From the IMG/VR virus record IMGVR_UViG_3300033069_001247, positions 22,810 to 86,809 of that record: a stretch of 64,000 nucleotides of DNA, one strand, 5' to 3'. Made by a program: the position numbers and the translations under genes. Within the stretch, counting starts at the first letter, position 1; each line of letters opens with the position of its first letter. Shown piece by piece: positions 46,237 to 55,242 of the stretch. The stretch is from a virus. Taxonomy: Duplodnaviria > Caudoviricetes. The notes under the pieces are model-generated. The model was not told the DNA's origin. It ran no database searches and saw only the letters and a program-made list of their open reading frames with translations.

Positions 46237-47937
46237 ATGTCAATCGATTTGCACGGTCGTCGTGGAATAGGCGTCGTCCAGCCTGAAGCTGGCGCTGATT
46301 TTCCATTGCTACAACCGTCAAGCGACGTACGCCACCTGCTGGCAGACCTGCACATCGCCTTCGACCAACCCAGTGATTACGCAGATGTCCCGGCGTTTGT
46401 TCCACCATTCCGCGTGCAGTGGTTATCCGGTTTTGGTGATTTACCACCGTCGGGTGATATCCCCACACAGAACCCAGATCACACCTGGAACAGCATCTGT
46501 CAGTCTGAGAGCCTGAGTTCTGAATCTGTGCATGTCGTAGACTGCCTACCTTTGCCAAGACATGACCACGACATCATCATCGTGGACAGTCAGGATCAGG
46601 TGGTATTTGACTCAACAGGTACAGACATCGTTTACGCTGCCCGCGACTGGAACAACCGTCTGCGAGTCGTGACCTGGCGGCATCCCACCAATCAGTACGT
46701 CAACCTGGTGTACCATACGGCATGGAATGCAGATAACGACCCGGAGCCCCAAGAATACTCGTCGTACTTCTTCCCGACCGCTGCAGTCATTGATGAACGC
46801 GCAATCGAACAGCTCCCGCTTCGCGTCAGGTCCTTGACAGTCGTACTCGACAACATCCGCGAAACCGGTGTTGAATTTTTGGCTGGTTACAACATGCAAC
46901 TGGCCGTCAACGACACCGTCGAGGATGACGGCAAGCGACGGGTTACCCGCGTCATCTTTGATGCGTCAGCTGGTGGTGGTTTAGGCGTTTATCCAGACTG
47001 CAACCCTGGCACTTTACAGATCACGACAATCAATGGAGTCACACCGACCGATACAGGGGATTTCTTTCTGTCAGCAGCTGACTGTTACTGGCTCCGCCAG
47101 CCTATGCGGATCATTGACACAGGGGACTTCTCGGCCATGCCGGAATGCACCTTGACACCGGGAAGCCTGTTGACGGCAGGGATGCCTGCTGCGAACGCCG
47201 GGCGATCGAAGTCTGCTGCTGGGTGGCCTATTAACGACGACCCACGATACGCCCAGCTGCAGATCGGTAACGACTGTACGGCCTGTTGTGACTGCCCTGA
47301 TTACGTGGCCGCCGCCCAGTACATGAACGCTGTGCGTGACCAATATCAAGCAATCGGAGTCAAGATCGAGGCGGCCAGGGATAAATACAGCGACAACCGA
47401 GACCGCTGGTTGGAAGCGGCAGCTTGTGTCAACCGCCGACCGTTACGTCTGCGTATGGCCCCGCAGGCCTGTCCATTCCTGGATGTGGTGATGCAGCTGT
47501 GCAATCACGGCACAGAATGTCTGACCGGAGTGGAGGCTAAGGTCACGATGTCGACAACGCCGACAGGCGGAATCGGCGTTGAAGTACCAGGGTATACCTA
47601 CATTACCGGCGCCTCAACTCGACCAGGTACAAGCATCCCTGTGACTGAGAAGTACGGAATGGGTGGTACCTGGCCTACGTTCACTGCATTCTTCGATGCT
47701 GTGCAGCCCGGCCAGTCCGTCAATGCCAAGTTCCGACTGCGATTTGATGACTGCGGTATGGACGGGACAGTTCCTTATGCCATCACTGGGCTATTGACCG
47801 CCACTGTCAACGGAACCAGTCTCAAAGTGACGAGTGCTGCCGATCCTGATGTGCTGATACAGGCAACCTCAACCGACACACAGACACTCAGCTGCCCTGC
47901 CGAACCAACACCGATCGAATACATTGCGTGTCAGTGA
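46237..47937 (+). CDS. Cys-rich tail/baseplate protein, paralog 2
   Basis: GADFPLL N-motif; TINGVTPTDTGDF; NDCTACCDC; C-terminal Ig-like region. Confidence 0.65.
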   Translation: MSIDLHGRRGIGVVQPEAGADFPLLQPSSDVRHLLADLHIAFDQPSDYADVPAFVPPFRVQWLSGFGDLPPSGDIPTQNPDHTWNSICQSESLSSESVHVVDCLPLPRHDHDIIIVDSQDQVVFDSTGTDIVYAARDWNNRLRVVTWRHPTNQYVNLVYHTAWNADNDPEPQEYSSYFFPTAAVIDERAIEQLPLRVRSLTVVLDNIRETGVEFLAGYNMQLAVNDTVEDDGKRRVTRVIFDASAGGGLGVYPDCNPGTLQITTINGVTPTDTGDFFLSAADCYWLRQPMRIIDTGDFSAMPECTLTPGSLLTAGMPAANAGRSKSAAGWPINDDPRYAQLQIGNDCTACCDCPDYVAAAQYMNAVRDQYQAIGVKIEAARDKYSDNRDRWLEAAACVNRRPLRLRMAPQACPFLDVVMQLCNHGTECLTGVEAKVTMSTTPTGGIGVEVPGYTYITGASTRPGTSIPVTEKYGMGGTWPTFTAFFDAVQPGQSVNAKFRLRFDDCGMDGTVPYAITGLLTATVNGTSLKVTSAADPDVLIQATSTDTQTLSCPAEPTPIEYIACQ

Positions 47938-47945
47938 GAATGTAG

Positions 47946-49673
47946 ATGTCCAACCTTCAGAACAACTGGCTCAGCGCTCAGTCATCCCGGCGGTACCCGC
48001 TCGATGACAACGCTACCGGTACAGGCGATGACGGAATACGACTGAAAGACGATGTCATTGTCGATATGCATCTTCGCTGGCCGGAATCTAAAGGAGCTTA
48101 CGCCTTCGTCGGTGGTATCACCGTAACAGCCAATATCGTGACTGTTGTGATCCTAGCCGCAACGACACCAGATGCTGCCACCGGGTTTACTCCGCTGGCA
48201 TCTATCACACTGAAGCAACCAGCCTCAGAATACGCATTCTACTCGCTGAACCCATTGACAGACGGGGTCGGGGGTTTCATCGCATTCGGTGACCTGCGAG
48301 AACCATTCAGTATTCGGTTCGCTACACCGTCGCAGGGATTACTGTCTCCAAAAGTTGCTCGCCCATACCGTGTATTACCAATCCCGACATTGCGGAAGTA
48401 CAACCGTGTTGATGGACTGGCTGGGATTGTCAAACTCCTGGGTGGTACTGATGTCCAAGTCACACGACAGCAACGCACCGTAGGTGGTAACACTGTCGAA
48501 GCCATTGTGCTCAGTCTGCAGCAACCCACTAGCACACGGAATCCGCTCGCTGACTATGTGGGTCCCTGTGATCACAGACCAGAAAGCAACAACTGTGAAA
48601 AGGTTGGCGTGCAGTCGGTTAACGGTGTACAGCCCGATTGTAACGGAAATCTGAGTATTGATTTTCGTTCACTGATCGCTGCCAATTACACGGACTGTGG
48701 TACTGACGCTGCAGGTGTCACGCTGGAGCAGACATTCGGGATCAGCGACGTATGCCCGATTCGTACAGCCACCCGGTTCCTGGGGCACGATTACTGTCAC
48801 GGCGGAAGCTCACTATCGATCCCTGGTAACGGCGGCGGTGGTGGCGGCGGTGGTGGCGGCGATCCAAACCCGCCCAGCAACAGTAATTCACAAGGATCTT
48901 ATGCCTGTGCAGATCTCCCGTTTCAGGACTGCTTCGACGGATCTTCACACGAATCATGGGTATTGCAGCTGGGCCTTGCCCGCCTGGTCGTGAGTCCGCG
49001 ATCGTCTGAGGATAACTGTCCGACAACAGTCGGATGTATCGAGGTGACCATGGGGACAACAGATCTCTTTGGGGGGGTACGCCTGGATATTGATGACGTA
49101 CCGATCTGGGGTGATGTGTATGAGGTCGGGGCAGGGTCATCCCTCTCTTGTGGCGAGGTCATCTCTGAGGCGCTGCAGCTATACGACCGTTCCCGCCGAA
49201 ATGTGTTCGTCTGGGAAGATTGTGGAACAGGCTCATCGCTTGGTAAGCGTGTCACGACGCACGTGCAACTGATTAACAGCGGCGCTACGCACAATGCAGG
49301 CGTGGTTCTTAATTACCGCACGGTCGACCCTTACACAAACCCGCGGGTAAACTACTTCCTGGTGCAGATCAACCGGAACGCCAATCGCGTAGAGTTGCTG
49401 TTCTACAACGGCATCAATTTCGTGATGGAAAATTCGGTCGTTGCCCCGGTGCCGTTCTCGTTCACAGACTGGTACGAAATTCAAAGCACTGTGACCACTG
49501 TAATCGGCGGGACACGGATTCAGGTACAGATCCGTAACGTCACGACCCCGTCATGGCCACAGGTGTCGTTCCAGCTGGTTACCAATCGCTGGGGTTCAGC
49601 GGATGGCTTTTATGGGATCCACACGAACCTGGCTGTAGCCAACTTCGGCTTCTGGAGGTTGGAAGATGCCTGA
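47946..49673 (+). CDS. Tail protein, paralog 3, with Gly10 hinge and C-terminal lectin-like beta-sandwich
   Basis: SSRRYPL; SVNGVQPDCNGNL; ten Gly at 48831-48860; ConA/LamG-like strand pattern at the C-terminus. Confidence 0.65.
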   Translation: MSNLQNNWLSAQSSRRYPLDDNATGTGDDGIRLKDDVIVDMHLRWPESKGAYAFVGGITVTANIVTVVILAATTPDAATGFTPLASITLKQPASEYAFYSLNPLTDGVGGFIAFGDLREPFSIRFATPSQGLLSPKVARPYRVLPIPTLRKYNRVDGLAGIVKLLGGTDVQVTRQQRTVGGNTVEAIVLSLQQPTSTRNPLADYVGPCDHRPESNNCEKVGVQSVNGVQPDCNGNLSIDFRSLIAANYTDCGTDAAGVTLEQTFGISDVCPIRTATRFLGHDYCHGGSSLSIPGNGGGGGGGGGGDPNPPSNSNSQGSYACADLPFQDCFDGSSHESWVLQLGLARLVVSPRSSEDNCPTTVGCIEVTMGTTDLFGGVRLDIDDVPIWGDVYEVGAGSSLSCGEVISEALQLYDRSRRNVFVWEDCGTGSSLGKRVTTHVQLINSGATHNAGVVLNYRTVDPYTNPRVNYFLVQINRNANRVELLFYNGINFVMENSVVAPVPFSFTDWYEIQSTVTTVIGGTRIQVQIRNVTTPSWPQVSFQLVTNRWGSADGFYGIHTNLAVANFGFWRLEDA

Positions 49674-50436
49674 TCAAACGCTGTTCCCGTCATTTCGTGA
49701 AGAATATGAAATGACCAAGTACCCGTTCATGGACGATGCTTCACTGGTCAGTACGACCACAAAGCAGACCATCGAACGAGACATCTTCTTGGATGCCAGT
49801 CTTTATCCGATCGGTGTCACAAGCGGGCCTTTGTACATCTCTAACGTGAACGTCAAACCACGTAACGTCGAGATCGTGATTGCAGACAGATCTCGCCAGC
49901 CACGTGCAATTGCATCGTTCGATCCACTGCAAGCAGCTGACGTACTGGATGTCGTAGATCTGTTTGGTCGCCCAGCGGGTGTACTTGTCTCAGATACCAT
50001 GCGACTGTCCCGCTTTACTGCATGGGCTACTGGTGATCATCAGTTCGCACCAACAGCCACACAGTTTGCACCCAGCTGTTGCATACCGACGCCGGAGAGC
50101 GGTGTTCGCGGGATGATGACCGAAGACGGGGCGTTGTTTACTGGTGATCTGGTCATCATCGGAGAGAATGGGGTCGTTGTTCGCAAAGAAAGCAACGATG
50201 TCATACGCATTGATGTCGTAGGTGATCCGCTGTTCCGACGTAAACTGTGTACGCCAGTGGACCTGTTCACCACACCTCGCTTCATCCGCACCATCAATGG
50301 CTGTCCGCCTGACAAGTACGGCAACTTCAATCTGACGGTCGGTGGTAACCTGAACTCTGAGACAATCCTCCGCATCTACAAGGCCGACACAGGTCTGATC
50401 GTTGAGGCTGTCGGCACCACCATCCAGGAGGGGTAA
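49666..50436 (+). CDS. Tail/baseplate protein, paralog 4
   Basis: EMTKYPF; TINGCPPDKYGNF. Confidence 0.65.
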   Translation: MPDQTLFPSFREEYEMTKYPFMDDASLVSTTTKQTIERDIFLDASLYPIGVTSGPLYISNVNVKPRNVEIVIADRSRQPRAIASFDPLQAADVLDVVDLFGRPAGVLVSDTMRLSRFTAWATGDHQFAPTATQFAPSCCIPTPESGVRGMMTEDGALFTGDLVIIGENGVVVRKESNDVIRIDVVGDPLFRRKLCTPVDLFTTPRFIRTINGCPPDKYGNFNLTVGGNLNSETILRIYKADTGLIVEAVGTTIQEG

Positions 50437-50437
50437 T

Positions 50438-51445
50438 ATGGCCAGTCTATCCTGGTACAACGACAATCAATTCCGGGACTACCCGTTCCTGTTGCGGGTG
50501 GATCCCCTTGCCAGCACCACAGGTCTCGCATCGCTATCGAGCGAGAGTGTGCTGTTCAATCTGCCGCAGTCGGCGATACTCGACTTCGGTGCCATCATGG
50601 ATATCGACGCAGGGTTTGATGACGCCGACGGGCACACCGTCTACCTGTACTCGATCGAGCGGTTCGCGGATGTCCTCACGTTTCGATTCCGTACCACGGC
50701 GGTAAATGCCCTGAATACTGAGCTGGTGTTTTCCCGTAGTATCGATGCAGCGGAGTTCGCAATCAGTCACGAAGATGCGTCATCTATTGAGTCTATGCCG
50801 TTGCTGGAATGGAGCTGTCCATCAAATTCAAAATGGTCAGGATTCATTGTCACGGGTCGACTACAGGAACTGGCAGCGTTGTTAGCCGACGGTGACACGG
50901 CCTACATGGCTGATGGGTTATGGTGCGTTGAACCAGCGCGTATCCAAAACCTGGCCCTTGCGTATTTGCGATCCATTACCGTGGCTAACGCTGCCCGTGT
51001 GATGGCGACAGTTCCGGCCTATTGCAGCGAAAGCGTGGGCAGTAACGAGGATACAGTCATCGTGAATGCTTACTGCATGTCAGGAAACATCAAATTTAAG
51101 GAGGGATTCAATTGCTCGATCCGACAAGACAATAACAACAATGCCATCATCATCAGTGCTGGTGTTGGCGTTGGTGAAGGGGTTCCTTGTGAAGAAGTCC
51201 CGTTGTATGACGGCGAAGCACCACCAGAAGGCAGTTCGTTTCTGTCCGGCGGTGTTGGTTGTCGCGATGTTGTGATGTCTATCAACGGAATAACTGGTAC
51301 CAATATCACACTGATTCCTGGTCCAGGCTTCAAAATCGAACCACACTCTGTAGACCCGTCTACGTTGGTTGTCGATCGCTCACTCGACGACTTTGCTTAC
51401 TGCCACGGAGTAGACACAAACAGCAGCATTTCGAGCGACGAGTGA
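50438..51445 (+). CDS. Tail/baseplate protein, paralog 5
   Basis: AGGAGG RBS; NQFRDYPF; SINGITGTNITL. Confidence 0.65.
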   Translation: MASLSWYNDNQFRDYPFLLRVDPLASTTGLASLSSESVLFNLPQSAILDFGAIMDIDAGFDDADGHTVYLYSIERFADVLTFRFRTTAVNALNTELVFSRSIDAAEFAISHEDASSIESMPLLEWSCPSNSKWSGFIVTGRLQELAALLADGDTAYMADGLWCVEPARIQNLALAYLRSITVANAARVMATVPAYCSESVGSNEDTVIVNAYCMSGNIKFKEGFNCSIRQDNNNNAIIISAGVGVGEGVPCEEVPLYDGEAPPEGSSFLSGGVGCRDVVMSINGITGTNITLIPGPGFKIEPHSVDPSTLVVDRSLDDFAYCHGVDTNSSISSDE

Positions 51446-51502
51446 AGCCAGTATGATGCATTGCGGCATGCTGAAGCCTGAATCACAGCACTGGGACCAT
51501 GG

Positions 51503-52981
51503 ATGGCACTATTCGACCAAAGCAAATGTTCGGTACCGTACGTACCGGAGGTCGACTTTCGCTTTATCAGCGATTGTACGGTACCCCCTGCGCCACCGCC
51601 GGTATTTGATTGCCCTGAATTAACAATCCCGTTCGATCCACCACTGCAAAAGATCCCGTGCCCTGAGATTAACGTCTCGGCGACCAGCTCGATCAGCTAC
51701 GGTACGGACGCCTGTGCCACTCCGATATTCAACGTGGCGGTCACGACAACCAAGAACCAGGATAATGGTTCCTGCGCATTCGATATCGACATGGATTTCG
51801 ATATCAGGCTCCCACCACCAAAGATCCCTTGCCCCTCGTTTACAGCACAGGGGAGTTTGCACCTCGTTACTGGTAGCCTGGCCTGCGATACAAAGCCAGC
51901 ATTTGATGTCACCGTAACGAACACGACAACAACTGACGAATGTACCGGTGCTCGCGAGTGTACCTTCGATCTTGACTTCGACTTAACGATCCCTGTTATC
52001 CCGCCGCCCTGCCCGACGGTCACCAGCGGTTCGAATCGCGTCACCGTTGTCACCGTCGCGAGGCCGACCGGTAGTGAGTCCAGTGCTTCTATTCCAGAAA
52101 GCACAGTGGATGTCACGATTACCACGCAGAATATCGGTACCTCGTGCAACCCGAACTGTGAAATCACGTTCGATTTCGATTTCACGCTCGTTATCCCACT
52201 GTACCCAACTTATATCCCACCGATTTTCCCCACTGGCCCATTGCCGACAGGCGGCGGTGGCTCTGGACCCTCCGGCCCAGGCTCTGGACCTTCTGGGCCT
52301 GGTTCTGGCCCGTCCGGACCCGGTTCCGGCCCTTCAGGCCCCGGTTCCGGCCCTTCAGGCCCAGGCTCTGGGCCTTCTGGGCCTGGTTCAGGTCCGTCTG
52401 GACCTGGCTCTGGGCCTTCTGGGCCTGGTTCTGGCCCGTCCGGACCCGGTTCCGGCCCTTCAGGACCTGGTTCTGGTCCCGGTTCGGGTCCTGGTTCCGG
52501 CCCTGGTTCCGGCCCTGGCTCGGGTCCCGGCTCTGGACCGGGCTCTGGACCCGGTACCGGGCCACCAACGGGGCCACCAACGGGGCCGCCGACCGGACCG
52601 CCGACCGGGCCGCCGACCGGACCGCCGACCGGACCACCGACCGGACCACCGACCGGACCACCAACAGGGCCGCCGACCGGACCACCAACAGGGCCACCAA
52701 CAGGGCCACCAACAGGGCCACCAACAGGGCCACCGACGGGGCCGCCGACCGGACCACCAACGGGGCCTGGTTCTGGCCCTGGTCCTGGACCAACAGGCCC
52801 CACCGGTCCAACAGGTCCCCCGGGTCCACCCGGTCCCTGCTGCGACACAAACAACGCACTGGTGGAATCAGTGATGGCAGAACGTATGCGTGGCTGGACA
52901 GGTGTTGTGGAGCCACACGCAGCGTTCCTTGTGATCGAGAACGGACTGATTACCGACGTGATCTACGCGGACGGTAAATAG
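51503..52981 (+). CDS. Fibre-like virion protein with three Cys-bracketed beta repeats and a long Gly/Pro/Ser/Thr repeat stalk
   Basis: PCP...C.F..DFD..[I/L]P unit x3; GPSGPGS, GPGS and GPPT arrays; short collagen-like end. Confidence 0.75.
   Translation: MALFDQSKCSVPYVPEVDFRFISDCTVPPAPPPVFDCPELTIPFDPPLQKIPCPEINVSATSSISYGTDACATPIFNVAVTTTKNQDNGSCAFDIDMDFDIRLPPPKIPCPSFTAQGSLHLVTGSLACDTKPAFDVTVTNTTTTDECTGARECTFDLDFDLTIPVIPPPCPTVTSGSNRVTVVTVARPTGSESSASIPESTVDVTITTQNIGTSCNPNCEITFDFDFTLVIPLYPTYIPPIFPTGPLPTGGGGSGPSGPGSGPSGPGSGPSGPGSGPSGPGSGPSGPGSGPSGPGSGPSGPGSGPSGPGSGPSGPGSGPSGPGSGPGSGPGSGPGSGPGSGPGSGPGSGPGTGPPTGPPTGPPTGPPTGPPTGPPTGPPTGPPTGPPTGPPTGPPTGPPTGPPTGPPTGPPTGPPTGPPTGPGSGPGPGPTGPTGPTGPPGPPGPCCDTNNALVESVMAERMRGWTGVVEPHAAFLVIENGLITDVIYADGK
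52265..52843 (+). repeat. Coding repeat array: (GPSGPGS)x10, (GPGS)x6 plus GPGT, (GPPT)x17, then collagen-like (GPT)3(GPP)2GPCC
   Basis: Counted from the DNA: 52265-52474, 52475-52558, 52559-52762 and 52787-52843; many synonymous codon differences between units. Confidence 0.95.
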
Positions 52982-53018
52982 CCGATCGCTGGTCACGTCG
53001 CAAAATCTGTGCATATAC

Positions 53019-53053
53019 TGCCACCGCACCAGAACATCTCTGGTGCGGTGGCA
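53019..53053 (+). promoter_or_regulatory. Perfect 15-bp inverted repeat between the fibre and glycosyltransferase genes
   Basis: TGCCACCGCACCAGA-ACATC-TCTGGTGCGGTGGCA; no strong U tract. Confidence 0.7.
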
Positions 53054-53081
53054 CTTCAATCAAAAGATGCAGGCAGCCGAT

Positions 53082-54176
53082 ATGCGCAGACTGAAAATTG
53101 CCGTGTATACCATGGCAAAAAACGAAGCAGCTCATGTGCAGCAATACGCCGCGACGACACAAGGCGCAGACGCTGTCGTGGTCACAGATACCGGCAGTAC
53201 AGACGGCACACCGGATCTACTGCGAGATCAAGGGATCACAGTACACAATGCCAGTATTTTACCATGGCGATTTGATACAGCTACCAACTGTGCCCTGTGC
53301 AACGTACCCGCCGATATCGATGTGTGCGTGAAGCTCGATCTGGATGAAGTGCTGTATATGCCCGACGGTATGTCGTGGCGAGAAGAGATCGAACGACTGT
53401 GGCAGCTGGACACTATTCAACTTCGGTATTGGTACACCTGGTCCTGGCATGTACGCGGTAAGGTGCCCAGCAATAAATTTGTCACGCAAAACATTCATGC
53501 TCGGGTGGGTTGTATCTGGCGGCATCCCGGGCACGCCTCGCTTTGTACATACGGTCCGCCAGATCGGCACAAGATGGTGATGTCGGACAAACTGGAAATA
53601 CATCATTACCAGACCAGCAAGAGCAGGCCCGACTACACGAAGCTGTTGAGCCTCGCCGTTGTCGAAAACAGGTGCCCACGGACGCTTTTCTACCTCGGGC
53701 GGCAGCATTTCACTGATAAACGTTACAAGCAAGGCATTGAAGTGCTCACTGAGTACCTGCAGCACCCACAGGCTAATTGGCGGGCGGAGCGTGCAGATGC
53801 GATGCGAATGATCGGTATCTCGTGTGAAGCACTAGGCGACGCAAATCAGTCCATGTCCTGGCTGATGCGGGCACACGGTGAACTTAGCAATGTCCGAGAG
53901 TTGTGGTTTGCCGTCCTTCGATTGTTTTGCAACATTGGTGACTTCGCAGGCGGTTACTGGGCAGGGACAAAGTGCCTTTCGTTGCAACACAACGAAGCCT
54001 GGAACGGCCACGAAACAGCTGCATGGTTCGACATGCCGCATATCTACATGGCCAAATGTGCGTGGCACACCGGCAAACACGATGCAGCTGTTGATTTCTT
54101 GAAAAAGGCCATTGAGATCAACCCAAACAGCCAGGCTGCCAAAGAGCTGGCACTGACGATTGGAATACCGCTATGA
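53082..54176 (+). CDS. Glycosyltransferase, GT2 (GT-A) with C-terminal TPR repeats
   Basis: IAVYTMAKNE, VVVTDTGSTDGT, WRFDTATN, LDLDE DxD motif; TPR-like helices. Confidence 0.92.
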   Translation: MRRLKIAVYTMAKNEAAHVQQYAATTQGADAVVVTDTGSTDGTPDLLRDQGITVHNASILPWRFDTATNCALCNVPADIDVCVKLDLDEVLYMPDGMSWREEIERLWQLDTIQLRYWYTWSWHVRGKVPSNKFVTQNIHARVGCIWRHPGHASLCTYGPPDRHKMVMSDKLEIHHYQTSKSRPDYTKLLSLAVVENRCPRTLFYLGRQHFTDKRYKQGIEVLTEYLQHPQANWRAERADAMRMIGISCEALGDANQSMSWLMRAHGELSNVRELWFAVLRLFCNIGDFAGGYWAGTKCLSLQHNEAWNGHETAAWFDMPHIYMAKCAWHTGKHDAAVDFLKKAIEINPNSQAAKELALTIGIPL

Positions 54177-55240
54177 AACTCGCGATCTATACCATCGCCA
54201 AAAACGAAGAGCAAAACGCTGAAGCGTTCATGAAGAACTGCCAAAGTGCGGATCTGATTGTCATTGGTGACACCGGCAGCACTGATCGAACAGCCGAAAT
54301 CATCCAGGATATGGGTGGGACGGTTGTACCGCTGCACGTATCCCCGTGGCGGTTTGACGTACCGCGTAACACCATGTTGTCCATTCTGCCGCCAGAGATT
54401 GATTTTTGTTTTGCGACAGATCTGGATACCCGATTCAAGGATCCGAATTGGCGAGACATCATTGAGGCGAAGTGGGATGTCAATGCCTACGACCGGCTGC
54501 GTTTCCGTTACATCCACTCATTCTTACCAGACGGTACGCCAACCGCATCGAGCATGAAGAACTTCGCTCATTCGCGAAACAACTACTTCTGGCAGCACGC
54601 TGTTCACGAAGCTCTCTATTTCACAGGTCCCGGCGAGGAGCGTGTGCTGTCTCTTCCAGAACTGGTCACTGAACACCATCAGTTACCCAAAGACAGGTCC
54701 AATTACATCGACCTGATGCGGTTGGAGTGCAAGAGCCCCACCTGCACACCCCGCCATATGTTCTGGCTGATCCGCGAATGCACTTTCCATAAACAATGGG
54801 AAGAAGTCATCGAATGGACTGATCGGTATGTCAAGTACCCGGATCTCTGGCGAGTGGAGCACGCGGTCGCACTAAAGTGTAAAGCAAAAGCCCTGTCAGA
54901 ACTGGGCAAAGCATCTGAGGCGTTGGTGGCACACATGGAGTCGATCGCCCGCTCGCCCGAGACGCGAGAAGTGTGGCTGGATCTCGGGTGGTATCACTAC
55001 ACCCGCAAACAATGGCTTCCTGCTTACGCGGCGGTCTGTCAGGCATTGACTATCCTCAATAAGCCAGAGCATTACCTGACCAGTGCAGAAGCCTGGGGGT
55101 ACAAGATTCATGAGCTGGCTTATTTTTGTGCCTGGAATCTGCAACTGAAGGCGCAAGCCACCAAGCACATCGACATGGCGATCCGGTTAGCCCCTGACAG
55201 GCAGGATCTTGTAAGACTGAAAGCTGTACTGGACAAGTAA
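54173..55240 (+). CDS. Glycosyltransferase, GT2 with TPR repeats (paralog of the upstream gene)
   Basis: LAIYTIAKNE, IVIGDTGSTDRT, WRFDVPRN, TDLD, HAVHE; TPR-like helices. Confidence 0.92.
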   Translation: MKLAIYTIAKNEEQNAEAFMKNCQSADLIVIGDTGSTDRTAEIIQDMGGTVVPLHVSPWRFDVPRNTMLSILPPEIDFCFATDLDTRFKDPNWRDIIEAKWDVNAYDRLRFRYIHSFLPDGTPTASSMKNFAHSRNNYFWQHAVHEALYFTGPGEERVLSLPELVTEHHQLPKDRSNYIDLMRLECKSPTCTPRHMFWLIRECTFHKQWEEVIEWTDRYVKYPDLWRVEHAVALKCKAKALSELGKASEALVAHMESIARSPETREVWLDLGWYHYTRKQWLPAYAAVCQALTILNKPEHYLTSAEAWGYKIHELAYFCAWNLQLKAQATKHIDMAIRLAPDRQDLVRLKAVLDK

Positions 55241-55242
55241 AC

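Noticed and set aside
52191-52916. Repetitive minus-strand ORFs (GGPV, GPEP repeats)
   Set aside because: Antisense translations of the fibre repeat array.
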